In this document: one piece after another, positions 22,860-33,142 of the stretch
Position numbering within the stretch: position 1 is the first letter of the stretch
How the letters are laid out: each line of letters begins with the position of its first letter
DNA from: Desulfatiglandales bacterium
GTDB taxonomy: Bacteria; Desulfobacterota; DSM-4660; Desulfatiglandales; Desulfatiglandaceae
DNA length: 64,000 bases
Direction of reading: 5' to 3'
Assembly: GCA_963666345.1 (NCBI GenBank)
Contig: OY762721.1
Coordinates: 1,824,001-1,888,000 of the forward strand
Position numbers and translations under genes: made by a program
The notes under the pieces: model-generated
Seen by the model: only the letters and a program-made list of their open reading frames with translations
Database searches by the model: none
What the model was told of the DNA's origin: nothing

Positions 22860-23303
22860 ATGATCAAAATACCGACAAAGGTCCTTTTAGTTGACGATGA
22901 AAAGGATTTCGTGGAGATGCTCTCTCTGAGGCTTAAAGAGGCTGGAGAAGAGGTCTGGAATGCGTTCAGCGGAAAAGAGTGTCTTGAAAGTCTTGAAAAT
23001 CAGCGTATAGATGTGGTTATCCTGGATATAAAGATGCCCGGGATGGACGGCATGGAAACACTCAAGGAAATAAAAAAAAGACACCCCCTTGTTGAGGTCA
23101 TCATGCTCACGGGCCACGGCAGTACTGAGACGGCCGTCGAAGGCATGAAAACAGGGGCCTTTGATTATCTCCTGAAACCTGCCCGTTTTGATGATCTCAC
23201 TTCCAAGCTGGAAGGGGCCAGAAAAAGGAAAGAAGAACAGGAAGAAAGGATAAGAAAGGCGGAGGCCAAATTCCTGTCGAGAAAAAGCGGCGGAATCTTT
23301 TAA
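22860..23303 (+). CDS. stand-alone response regulator receiver
   Basis: LVDDE, LDIKMP, LTGH and KP motifs. Confidence 0.93.
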   Translation: MIKIPTKVLLVDDEKDFVEMLSLRLKEAGEEVWNAFSGKECLESLENQRIDVVILDIKMPGMDGMETLKEIKKRHPLVEVIMLTGHGSTETAVEGMKTGAFDYLLKPARFDDLTSKLEGARKRKEEQEERIRKAEAKFLSRKSGGIF

Positions 23304-23466
23304 ATAAAGGCCCGGCCCGGAGCTGGCGACGGAGCGAAGTGACTCCGCAATTTTATACGCACGTTGATTCATTATAGGCACTTCCGATCCATCACAAGGC
23401 GGCACAGCTTTTTCCCGGCCTAGCTCACGCATCCTGATGATTTATAATGGAATAGATTGCCTTGTT

Positions 23467-25407
23467 TCATATCGGAAGGGTGAAAATGAAATTTATCCAC
23501 TTGCCCTCTTCCGATTCAGCCCATACCTCGCCTCCATGCTTGCGGATAATGTCCTTGGTAATAAACAACCCCAGGCCCGTGGATCTTGACGACCCGGTTC
23601 CCGGCTGAAATCTTACAAATTTGCCGAACAGTCTGCCCAGCTGGTCTTGAGAAAGGCCCTTTCCTTCATTCCAGACCTCAAACCTGTATTGATTATCCTC
23701 TGAGGAAAAATCAAGTCTTATCCTCCCCCCTTCACGGCCGTATTTTAAGGCATTATCCAGAAAATTCTTAAAGACGATCATCAGGAGATCAGAGTCTCCA
23801 TCATATGGAATTCTTTCAGGAAGCCGGTTCTCCAGTTTGAAATCCCTTTCCTTGATCACTTGCAGAAGTTCATCCAGAACAGGGTCTACCACATCCATTC
23901 TGATATCCAAGGGGTTTTTATTCACTCTGACTTCACCTTTTTCAATACGGGCCAGATCCAGGTAATTACGTGTCATTTTTACCGCCGTATCGATGCTCCT
24001 TGAAATATTCCTAACAAGCTTGCCCTGCGTCTCATTAAGATCTCCTCCTATACCCATGTCCAGTGCCCTGGCAGAGGTATATATAACCCCGAGGGTGTTT
24101 TTCAACTCATGCGAAACAAAACCGAGCATATCCAGATAATTGGCGTTCAACTTCTGCAGCGATGCGTTTATCTCCTCCAGTTCCTGGTTTGCCGCCCTCA
24201 ACTTCTCGTCCCTGTCCCTCAGGCTGCCGGCCATGGCATTAAAGGCGAAGGTCAAATCACGGACTTCGTCGTCTGTTGAGGGCATTTCAACATTTAAGTC
24301 GAGATTGCCGGTTGCTATCCTGCCTGCGGCATCAGCCAATCTGCTCAGAGAACCTGTCAGTCTTCTTGAAAAAATTAACCCCACGGCCAGCACAAATATC
24401 GCTACGGCTATGGATAACCCCCCGTATATCCTCCACAGTTCCTGCTTCTGGTCATCGTATTTCTTGGCCAGTACCCCCACATAAAGAATACCGATCACCT
24501 TGCCTTCGATGTCATGAATCGGGTCATAGGCACTCAAATACCAGTCATTTACGACAAATGCTCGATCATACCAGTTCTGATTGTTTTCAAGCACCTTGTC
24601 ATAGACATCCGCGCTGACCCTGGTGCCTATTGCCTTGTTGCCGTTTGCAAGCGCGACATTGGTAGCGATACGGGTATCCCATTGGAAGATGGTCACAGTC
24701 CCAAGATGATGTCCCTTATACATCTTGTTTTCAAAGACTATCGACCTGATCTTATCTACCAGCGAGTGGTTGCGATTCAAAAGCACACCGGCATAAATCG
24801 ATCCGATAATCTTTCCTGTTTCATCCTCAATCGGACAGGCCGCGACAAGTGCCATGCCTGACGATTCGGATTTTTTGGCACGCAGTTTCGCCTTGGGAGT
24901 CGGCTCAAACACCATAAAGGAGCGTTCCTCCAGGTTTCCTCCTTCCGTCAAAAGCCTTTTTGAATTAAGTATTGAAAACCCACTTACGGTTTTCCCCTTT
25001 AATGCTGACCTGACAAACGGATCTGAGCAGAGATAATCTCCCGTATTGTATGGCTCCAGGGTCCGGACAATAACCTTTCCCTTATTGTCCGTGAGGGACA
25101 AAAAATCAAATCCGAACTGTCTTCTGGCAGCCTCAAGATCGGCACGATAGGCGGAAGAATCCGGGAAGGCGCAGGCGGCTTCAACCCGCTTTCCGGTACC
25201 GAGTACATTTATGAACAGATGAAGTTTATCAAGATCACCTTGAATAACGCTCCAGGCAGAGCCCAGATCAAGGCTTACGCGTCTCTGGGCCTCATTGAGG
25301 ATGTTACGGTTCATGAGCCATGCCCCGATAATACATCCCAATATACAGAAAAGCGCTATACCCAGCACAAAATTAAGGAATATCCTTTTGTGCAGCTTTA
25401 TTCGCAT
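23467..25407 (-). CDS. sensor histidine kinase (Cache plus HAMP)
   Basis: 2 TM segments, RIATNV..GTRVS..VY Cache pattern, HAMP, SHELKN and STGLGL. Confidence 0.92.
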   Translation of the reverse strand: MRIKLHKRIFLNFVLGIALFCILGCIIGAWLMNRNILNEAQRRVSLDLGSAWSVIQGDLDKLHLFINVLGTGKRVEAACAFPDSSAYRADLEAARRQFGFDFLSLTDNKGKVIVRTLEPYNTGDYLCSDPFVRSALKGKTVSGFSILNSKRLLTEGGNLEERSFMVFEPTPKAKLRAKKSESSGMALVAACPIEDETGKIIGSIYAGVLLNRNHSLVDKIRSIVFENKMYKGHHLGTVTIFQWDTRIATNVALANGNKAIGTRVSADVYDKVLENNQNWYDRAFVVNDWYLSAYDPIHDIEGKVIGILYVGVLAKKYDDQKQELWRIYGGLSIAVAIFVLAVGLIFSRRLTGSLSRLADAAGRIATGNLDLNVEMPSTDDEVRDLTFAFNAMAGSLRDRDEKLRAANQELEEINASLQKLNANYLDMLGFVSHELKNTLGVIYTSARALDMGIGGDLNETQGKLVRNISRSIDTAVKMTRNYLDLARIEKGEVRVNKNPLDIRMDVVDPVLDELLQVIKERDFKLENRLPERIPYDGDSDLLMIVFKNFLDNALKYGREGGRIRLDFSSEDNQYRFEVWNEGKGLSQDQLGRLFGKFVRFQPGTGSSRSTGLGLFITKDIIRKHGGEVWAESEEGKWINFIFTLPI

Positions 25408-25446
25408 CTATAATTCTCCTGAATATAAGGCCTGTTCCAAATAACA

Positions 25447-25483
25447 GTTTCCATCCGGAAATCGAGTAGTTCCGGATGGAAAC
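25447..25483. repeat. short REP-like palindrome (CATCC...GGATG family)
   Basis: GTTTCCATCCGGAA-N9-TTCCGGATGGAAAC, a perfect 14-bp inverted repeat that resembles the ends of the 158-bp element. Confidence 0.65.
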
Positions 25484-25530
25484 CGATTAAATCCCAAGGC
25501 TGACCTGTTTCACTGTTGAACATCCTCGCC

Positions 25531-27399
25531 TCAGGGATTTATATCCTGATTCAATCCGATCTGGGCGCCCGGCATGATACAGGTAATGGAGGTGCCTTTG
25601 CCTTCTCTGCTTTCCACAGAAACGCTCCCTGACAGGCCTTCCACTATCTCCTTCACTATCACCAGGCCCAGTCCGGTTCCCTCTTCGGCTGTCTCTTTTG
25701 CATTGGTCGCCCTGAAAAACTCTGAAAAAAGATTGGACATCTCCTTCTCAGGTATTCCTATCCCGCTGTCAGATACCTCAAATCGAATAAGCCCGTTTTC
25801 ATCTTTTGCCAGGACGACGGAAATACTACCACCTGAAAGCGTGTATTTTATGGCATTTGATATAAGGTTTGTGATGAGATCGTCAACCATCCTTTCAGTA
25901 GCATTGATTTTCGGGATCGAATCATCAATCTCAAATATGATCTTCAAACCGGCATCCTTGGCCTGAGCCTTGTAAAAACCGGTAATCGGCTCAATAACCT
26001 TTAAGATATCAACAGGTTTCAGATGGATGTTCTTTTGATCCATCCGTCTCATGCCGATACTGAGGAGATCATTCACAATTTTGTTCAATATCTGTATTCG
26101 CTTCTCACACCTCTTCACGGTCCTGGTTTGATCTTCACTCATGGCTCCGAGGTAATTCTTCGACAGCAGCTCAAGCATACTGAAAATGGCATTAAGGGGT
26201 GATCGCAACTGATGAGCAGCCTTCTGAAGAAACCATGCCTTATTCACTTCACTTTTGAGATTTTCGATAGTCAAGGCGGTCAGATCGGCCATAAGAGAAA
26301 AAAACCTGATATCCTCTTCATTGAAATGATGAGAAATATCACTGTAGACACAAAATACCCCCAGCACGGATCTTTCCACACGAAGGGGCAGGCATACCAT
26401 GGAAGAGATCCCCTCTTTTCGGATATCCTCAGGATACTGGAAATAATCCTTTTCACCTATTTCACCTATGGAATAGATGGAGCCGCGGATAATTCTCCTG
26501 TTTATGGGACTCTTTTCAATATCTATTGCACCCTTTGCCAGATAATCTTCACTAAGACCGTATGTGGATGAAAACCGCAGTCTCTTTCTCCGGTCATCCA
26601 GCAGCTTTATTGAACAGGCCTTGACTCCCATTATATGTGCGGCATTTCTCGTTGCAGAATCCATCAATCCCTGCAGTTCCGTAGACATACACATGTGCTT
26701 AACCATCTCATAGAGACCGGTCAACTTCGAATTGCGGTCTTCAAGCTCCTTTGAGACATAAAGCAATTCCCTGCCCTTTTCCTTCAGGCTTAACTTTACG
26801 GAGGAAACGAGAAACACGGTGATCAGCATAGCGGCGGAAAAAACTATATAGGTAACCAGAGGACTTGGGAAATCGATGCTGTGAGGATGCAGAAAGTCAT
26901 GAAACAGAATCGGTTGAACAGGCAGAAAAGATACCTTCTGCATCAGATCAAGAAAACCTACGGCCAGTATGCATGTTACTCCATACAGGACCGCACTTAT
27001 TAGTGAAAGCAGAATTCCCGCCAGGATGACATGAAATATCACGAAAATAAGTATGGGGCTTAAAATACCGCCTGTAAAATATATTATGGAATAGAGCGCA
27101 AGAAGGTCTAAAGAAATCTGGGCGTGTGCGAAAAAATTGAAATGCCCGGTCTGCTGCGGCTTGATCAACTCCAGACGTCGCCATACAAAAAAGAAAAAGA
27201 TATTATAAAGGTATACGACACCTATTACGATTATAATGGGTGCAAAGGCTATCTGCTGCCCCAATGCCCAGGCAAAAACCACCCCTATACTGGCCAGTCC
27301 CGCGACAATCCATCTCAGGTTAATAAACCACAACAGCCTCTCCCGCAGTTCCTTGCGGAAAAACAGTTGTTCCTTGACTAACTCATACCCCAGCCTCAT
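25531..27399 (-). CDS. membrane-integral sensor histidine kinase with GAF domain
   Basis: About 6 N-terminal TM helices, GAF (SMVCLPL..LGVFCVY), AHQLRSPL, NAIKYT and GTGLGL. Confidence 0.92.
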   Translation of the reverse strand: MRLGYELVKEQLFFRKELRERLLWFINLRWIVAGLASIGVVFAWALGQQIAFAPIIIVIGVVYLYNIFFFFVWRRLELIKPQQTGHFNFFAHAQISLDLLALYSIIYFTGGILSPILIFVIFHVILAGILLSLISAVLYGVTCILAVGFLDLMQKVSFLPVQPILFHDFLHPHSIDFPSPLVTYIVFSAAMLITVFLVSSVKLSLKEKGRELLYVSKELEDRNSKLTGLYEMVKHMCMSTELQGLMDSATRNAAHIMGVKACSIKLLDDRRKRLRFSSTYGLSEDYLAKGAIDIEKSPINRRIIRGSIYSIGEIGEKDYFQYPEDIRKEGISSMVCLPLRVERSVLGVFCVYSDISHHFNEEDIRFFSLMADLTALTIENLKSEVNKAWFLQKAAHQLRSPLNAIFSMLELLSKNYLGAMSEDQTRTVKRCEKRIQILNKIVNDLLSIGMRRMDQKNIHLKPVDILKVIEPITGFYKAQAKDAGLKIIFEIDDSIPKINATERMVDDLITNLISNAIKYTLSGGSISVVLAKDENGLIRFEVSDSGIGIPEKEMSNLFSEFFRATNAKETAEEGTGLGLVIVKEIVEGLSGSVSVESREGKGTSITCIMPGAQIGLNQDINP

Positions 27400-27435
27400 C
27401 AGGGGATATCCTCCCCTCTCAGGAAAAGCTTAAGA

Positions 27436-27849
27436 CTAACTGCTTTTCTGATCATTAAAGATCGTTTCAACGGTGGACAGCAGGGACTCGGGATCTACCG
27501 GTTTTTCAAAAAAGTGCGTTGCGGGCCAGTTTTCTCCAAGGATATGCTGAAATTTGTCAGGACCGTCTTCGGCAACCTTTTTCAGAAAGGAGGTCATTAT
27601 AACGATCGGGATGTCCTGAAATTGAGCACTATTTTTCAATTTATAGGCAAGATCAAACCCGTCGGTATCGGTTGCCATCATGATATCAAGGAGAATAAGG
27701 TCCGGAATCTTTTCCTCGATTTTTTCAAACCCCTCGCTTCCGTTATATGCAACCCTTACATCGTAATTCTTGCTCTCAAGGATAATACTAATTGAATTCA
27801 CAAGATCTCTGTCATCCTCGATAACAAGAATGTCCTTTGTCTGACTCAT
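27436..27849 (-). CDS. stand-alone response regulator receiver
   Basis: VIEDD, LLDIMM and EKP motifs. AGGAG RBS. Confidence 0.92.
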   Translation of the reverse strand: MSQTKDILVIEDDRDLVNSISIILESKNYDVRVAYNGSEGFEKIEEKIPDLILLDIMMATDTDGFDLAYKLKNSAQFQDIPIVIMTSFLKKVAEDGPDKFQHILGENWPATHFFEKPVDPESLLSTVETIFNDQKSS

Positions 27850-28008
27850 GATTTTCTCCTTTCATTTCCCCAAGACATTCACAAACGGTCTAAAATTTCA
27901 AAGGATATAAGAACATCTCTGAAATGAAGCATATATTTTGTAGCATTATTTAAAAATATTTTCAAACAGCATATCGTAACCAAAAAACATACACACATGC
28001 CATTAATA

Positions 28009-28024
28009 AGCAAATTTTACGCCA
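28009..28024 (-). promoter_or_regulatory. sigma-54 promoter (-24/-12)
   Basis: Minus strand TGGCGTAAAATTTGCT, upstream of the RR-HK-HK operon. Confidence 0.8.
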
Positions 28025-28093
28025 AAAACCAAAAGCTTCACCTTAAGCATAATAAAGCAAAACAAAATTAAAACAGATACTTGTCTTGTCGCC

Positions 28094-28131
28094 TGTTTTT
28101 GTGGCCGACAGAACATGTCAGTTTTTTTACT
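28094..28131. promoter_or_regulatory. tandem putative activator binding sites
   Basis: TGTTTTTGTGGCCGACA (TGT-N11-ACA) and TGTCAGTTTTTTTACT, about 80-100 bp upstream of the 28009-28024 promoter. Confidence 0.5.
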
Positions 28132-28318
28132 CTTTATGAAACATTTGTTATTCATGCTTCCTGTTTGCTTCTCCGTTCTTCTCCGATTTTATCCGTGATT
28201 TTCCCTTTTCCTGAAGATCCTCTTATGAAACTCACCTCTGCATTTAAGGTATAAGCCGGCACCGGTTCAGATAAGACCGCTCCCAAAATGTATTCAAAGA
28301 AAAGAGATGAGGTACCGA

Positions 28319-28347
28319 TCTGATTCGGATTCATCACCCGAATCAGA
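28319..28347 (-). terminator. stem-loop at the end of the fdh1/FNT operon
   Basis: TCTGATTCGG-N9-CCGAATCAGA, a perfect 10-bp inverted repeat just past stop 28365. No clear U-tract. Confidence 0.4.
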
Positions 28348-28364
28348 CCGGGGTGGAAATTCAT

Positions 28365-28502
28365 TTAAACAAACGCCGTGCTGACAGACATTCCGATTCC
28401 GACTACAAATACAACAGCGGTAATTACTACACTGGTTGATACCAATATCGGAGAAAGCCCAACCAGAAGAAACCCTACCAGAAATCTCTTATCTCCAATC
28501 AT
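28365..28502 (-). CDS. small hydrophobic membrane protein (45 aa), not in ORF track
   Basis: AGGAGG-N7-ATG. Translation MIGDKRFLVGFLLVGLSPILVSTSVVITAVVFVVGIGMSVSTAFV*. Confidence 0.7.
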   Translation of the reverse strand: MIGDKRFLVGFLLVGLSPILVSTSVVITAVVFVVGIGMSVSTAFV

Positions 28503-28563
28503 AACTATTACCTCCTATCTGTAAAATTCAATTCGCACTCATAGGCTCTTTCATCTTCGACCT

Positions 28564-29031
28564 TCACTGTAACTTCCGAATACTAACCGCAGAAATAGCT
28601 GGTTTCTTCCTGTTGAAAAACCCTCTCATCACAATTCCCAGGACATCCACCCTGTCACCCGCCCTGACCGCTTCCGCCGGGGAGGTAAACATAATCACTT
28701 TGATATTGCCGCTTTTATCCTTAATATTGTAATGAGGTCTTTTCAGCCACCTGAACATGACTCTTTCAACGTCACCCTCGACCCTGACGATACTGCCGCT
28801 CATACCTGAATTTATTTTATTGATCCTGAACAAAGACGCTCTTTTCCGAAAACGACCCTCTGCCTGAGCATAACTGCTGCGGCTCATCCAATTGAGTGCC
28901 ATAGGGATTAACAAGAGCAGCATCAACCCGGGGATACCGAATGCCAACACCTGAGTATCCCCGCTTACGGCAAAATGAATGGTAAGACCTGCACTACAGA
29001 TAATAAATGCTGCCCAAGAAAATAGAGACAT
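28564..29031 (-). CDS. membrane-anchored OB-fold protein
   Basis: Two N-terminal TM helices, then VRVEGDV..IKDKSGNIKV..GDRVDVLG OB-fold pattern. Starts 1 nt after the FNT stop. Confidence 0.75.
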   Translation of the reverse strand: MSLFSWAAFIICSAGLTIHFAVSGDTQVLAFGIPGLMLLLLIPMALNWMSRSSYAQAEGRFRKRASLFRINKINSGMSGSIVRVEGDVERVMFRWLKRPHYNIKDKSGNIKVIMFTSPAEAVRAGDRVDVLGIVMRGFFNRKKPAISAVSIRKLQ

Positions 29032-29032
29032 C

Positions 29033-29947
29033 TTATTTTGTTTTCACTCCACTATAGTCATTTCTCTGCATATAATCGGGGGTCTCACCTCTGAACATGA
29101 CGAAATAGGCCACCCCGATAAAGAGAAATCCGCCGATTATATTTCCGATGGTCACTGGTATCAGGTTCCAGCCCCATATCTGGGCCCAGCTTATCGCGCC
29201 GTTTTGGGCAAGCGCGCCTCCTATCTTATCGATCACTTCCGGATGCAGATCCATAAGGAATTTTCCCGTGGGCAGAAAGTACATGTTTGCCACGCAATGC
29301 TCAAATCCTGTGGAAACAAAGGCCATTATAGGAAACCAGATGCCGAAGAATTTACCGACTACGTTGTCCGCTGATATGGCAAGCAATATGGCGATATTGA
29401 CCAGAAAATTACACCCGATTGCCTTCAAAAAAACGGACCAGAGTCCTGCCGCACCGACCGCTTTGTATGAAAGGACCTTGCCGGCGGCAATTGAGGTGGC
29501 GGTAAGGCCGAAGGCATTTACGCTCAACCCCTCTGCTCCACCTGTCACCAACGGGCCTCGTGCCATTATGTAGGCATAAAAAATCGACCCTATAAAATTT
29601 CCAATATATACCCAGACCCAGTTTCTTAAGACATCAGACCAGGTAATCTTTCGCATCATGGCCGCCATCGGAACCAGCATACAGTCACCGGTAAAAAGTT
29701 CCATCCCTGTCAGCACAATGGCGATGAGGCCTACAGGGAAGACGGAGCCCAAGATCAATTTGGCGATCCCCGGCCCAAGGTGAGCTGCTACCCCCGTGCA
29801 GCATACCGTGGCAAGCGCCCCTCCGATAGCGATATAGGCCCCTGCCATAAAACCCCTGATTATCAACTGCGTTACAGACAGTTTTGATTTATAAGTCCCT
29901 GCATTTGCAGCAAGTCCGACTAATGATGGCGGTGCATTAAAAGGCAT
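29033..29947 (-). CDS. formate/nitrite transporter (FNT, FdhC/FocA-like formate channel)
   Basis: GAYIAIG, FPVGL, ELFTGD, GCNFLV, GFEHCVANMY and GNIIGG motifs. Confidence 0.95.
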   Translation of the reverse strand: MPFNAPPSLVGLAANAGTYKSKLSVTQLIIRGFMAGAYIAIGGALATVCCTGVAAHLGPGIAKLILGSVFPVGLIAIVLTGMELFTGDCMLVPMAAMMRKITWSDVLRNWVWVYIGNFIGSIFYAYIMARGPLVTGGAEGLSVNAFGLTATSIAAGKVLSYKAVGAAGLWSVFLKAIGCNFLVNIAILLAISADNVVGKFFGIWFPIMAFVSTGFEHCVANMYFLPTGKFLMDLHPEVIDKIGGALAQNGAISWAQIWGWNLIPVTIGNIIGGFLFIGVAYFVMFRGETPDYMQRNDYSGVKTK

Positions 29948-30056
29948 TATGACCCCTCCTCATGTATATATATCAAGTTCAGAATTCAATTTTGTTACTC
30001 AACACAACTTGTACAAACCAAAAGCAATTGAGGTGGATTTTCAAATTAACAATTTT

Positions 30057-30311
30057 TCAACTTACAAAGGTCTCTTTCACCTCCCTCTTCCAGATGCAGA
30101 GAAGTTTGCCGCCGTGAAAATGGCACTGAACCAGTTCCCATTCTCTGTCTCCTTCCTCCTGCATTATACCTCGCAGATGTTCCAAACCCCTTTCAGGTAA
30201 ATCCGGCAATTGCTCAACCACGCAAAAGCCGCTGTTATTGCACTCAATGGAATCAGGAGGAATAATTGTATTCAGATCAAGCAACGTCGTTTTATAGTTG
30301 TACTTACTCAT
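30057..30311 (-). CDS. small conserved-type hypothetical protein (DUF4177-like pattern)
   Basis: AGGAGG RBS. Y.YK N-terminus and G..EWELV..C.WKR C-terminus, with a CxxxxxC insert. Confidence 0.7.
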   Translation of the reverse strand: MSKYNYKTTLLDLNTIIPPDSIECNNSGFCVVEQLPDLPERGLEHLRGIMQEEGDREWELVQCHFHGGKLLCIWKREVKETFVS

Positions 30312-30370
30312 GAGTGGCCCTCCTTATTAAATTAGCAATAAATTCACACAATATCAGAGGAGACCAGTTC

Positions 30371-33064
30371 CTACGCAGCCTCCACCTTCGCAGCGCATAC
30401 CTTGTACTCCGGAATTTTACCTACCGGATCCAGAGCCGGATTCGTCAGCCGGTTAACCTCCACCTCGTGAAAATGAAAATTCATGAAGATGACCCCTTCA
30501 GGCGACCGGTCGGTCACTCTCGCCTTTACCTCCACACTTCCCCTCCTGGTAGTGACCTTTACCTTTGAGGAATCTTCAATTCCATATCTCTTTGCATCTT
30601 CTCGGCTGATTTCAACAAGACTTTCAGGGCACCTCTCGGCCGGTCCCTTGGACCGCCTCGTCATTGTACCGGTATGGAAATGGTAAAGGACCCTTCCCGT
30701 ATTAAGGATGAGGGGGTATTCCTCATCCGGCAGTTCGGCGGAGGCCCTGTAATCAATGGCGTGGAAAAGCCCCTTTCCTCTTGCAAATTTATCCTTATGC
30801 AGGAACCTGGTGCCGGAATGATCCGTGTCAAGACACGGCCACTGCAACCCCTCTTTTTCAATCCGATCATAGGTAATTCCGGCATAGCTGGGCGTCACCA
30901 GATTTATCTCATGCATGATATCACCGGCAGAGCCGTAACTCATCGGATAACCCATTTTGCCGGCGATATTACAGATTATTTCCCAATCCGCTTTGGCTTC
31001 ACCGGGGGCATCAACCGCCTTTCGAATCCTTTGAACCCTCCTTTCCGTATTAGTATATGTCCCATCCTTTTCCGCAAAACATGCCGACGGCAGAACAACG
31101 TCAGCCAGGGCCCCCGTCTCATTCAGGAATATGTCCTGAACAACCAGAAAATCGAGATTTTTTAACGCCGCTTCCACATGATTCAGATCCGGATCGCTCA
31201 TCATCGGGTTTTCACCCATCACATAAAGGGCCTTTATGTCTCCCTTATGGGCCGCGTTCATGACCTCCACAACCGTAATACCCGGCTGTGAAGGCAACCT
31301 TACGCCCCACAGATCCTCCAGTTTTTTACGGGCGTCATCGTCGGCGACATTCTTATAGGCTGGAAAGACATTCGGCAAGGCACCCATATCGCAGGCGCCC
31401 TGCACATTGTTCTGCCCTCTTAGAGGGTTCACACCTCCCCCTTCAATTCCAATATTTCCACAGAGCATAGCCAGATTTGCACACGACATGACATTGTCGG
31501 TCCCTGTCGTGTGTTGAGTTATACCCATGGCATATAGAATCGAGGCCGCCGGCGCCTCGGCATACATCTTGGCCGCCGCCACAAGATCCCCGGCAGGAAC
31601 CCCTGAAATCTCCTCAACGTATCCGGGGGTATATTTCTTCAAAATCTCTTTCATCTCTTCAAAGCCCTCTGTACGGGCGTTTATATAGTCTTTTGCATGA
31701 AGATTCAGCTGCAGTATGACATTCATGATACCGTTCAGGACCGCAACATTCGTACCGGGCTTAGGCCTTAACCAGATGCTTGCGTAATTTGTAAGATCTA
31801 TCTTCCTGGGATCAATTACAATCAACTTGGCCCCATGCATCCTGACCGCCCTTTTAACCTTGCCTCCTATAACCGGGTGGTTCTCCGTCGTGTTGGTTCC
31901 GATAGCGAGAACAAGATCCGTGAATTCGATCTCATCTACCGAGTTCGTCATTGCGCCGCTTCCGAATGCAGCAGCCAGACCGGCCACTGTTACGGAGTGT
32001 CAGAGCCGCGCGCAATGATCCACATTGTTTGTACCGATTACCGCCCTCATAAATTTCTGAAAGATGTAATTTTCCTCATTGGTGCATCTGGCGGATGAAA
32101 ACCCGGCTATGCTGTCGGCCCCATGCTCCTCAGCTATTTTGCCGAATTTATCAGCAATCAATTCGTAGGCCTCATCCCAGCCTGCCGGCTCCAGTTGCCC
32201 GTTTTTTCTTATTAAAGGCGTCTTGAGGCGATCCTCACTGCTGATAAAATCCATCCCGAACCGCCCTTTTACGCAAAGGCAACCCTGGTTGGGCGTTCCG
32301 TAATCCCTGTTACCTGTTACCTTTATTATCTCTCCTTCCTTGACGTTTAAATCCATCTGGCAGCCTACCCCGCAATAGGTGCAGGTGGTGCGAACCTTTT
32401 CCACCTCCCATGGCCGCCCTGCGAATCTTGAATTTTTGAACGTAAGCGCCCCCGTGGGGCATGCATCGACACATGCCCCGCAGAACACACAACTGGATTC
32501 TATATAATCCCTTCCAAAAGCCGGACCCACGGTTGACTGAGAGCCTCTCATCGAAAAATCAAGGACTTCATTTACCTGTATTTCATTGCATGTCCTTACA
32601 CAACGCCCGCAGAGGATACATTTGTTGAGATCTCTCTGGATCATGCTGTTGGTGTCCTCGATTTTATGCCCCGGGGGACTGATGGGGAACCGAGGTTTTT
32701 CGATCTTGAGTTCATACACGAGATCTTGAAGTTCGCATTCCCCGTTTTTCTCACAGGTAAGACAGTTATGGTCTCCCGAAGCCCAAAGCAGCTCCACTGC
32801 GAGCCTTCGGGAGTCCAGGACCCTTTTTGTCTTTGTCTTAACCACCATCCCGGAGGTCACAGGCGTAGTGCAGGATGCCACAAGGCTTCTCGCATTTTCG
32901 ACCTCTACGACACAAACCCTGCATGCCCCGACATTGGTGGTACCGGCCTGGTAACATAGGGTAGGGATATGAATGCCGTTACTCCTGGCCACTTCTAAAA
33001 TCGTTTGGCCCTGTTCAGCCTCATATTCATTTCCGTCTATCTTCAAAACAATCCTATCATCCAT
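30371..33064 (-). CDS. fdhF: formate dehydrogenase alpha subunit 1, selenocysteine-containing (about 897 aa, N-terminal Fe-S domains plus molybdo/tungstopterin domain)
   Basis: ORF-track pieces 32000-33064 and 30371-31987 are in frame across TGA 32000-32002, reading DHCARL-U-HSVTVAGL. RGQNNVQG motif present. Confidence 0.95.
31970..31999 (-). promoter_or_regulatory. bacterial SECIS element of fdh1
   Basis: After UGA: CAGUGGCC-GGUCU-GGCUGCUG hairpin, same position and loop type as the E. coli fdhF SECIS. Confidence 0.8.
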
Positions 33065-33142
33065 TTCTTACTCCTGTCTGATTTGATTCGTCTCGTAACA
33101 AAGACGAAGGATGATTTTCATACGGTCTTCCAGTGTCGAAAC

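Noticed and set aside
28152..28364. 70-aa ORF directly after the 45-aa gene
   Set aside because: No RBS or recognisable motif, and it runs through the hairpin into the next promoter region.
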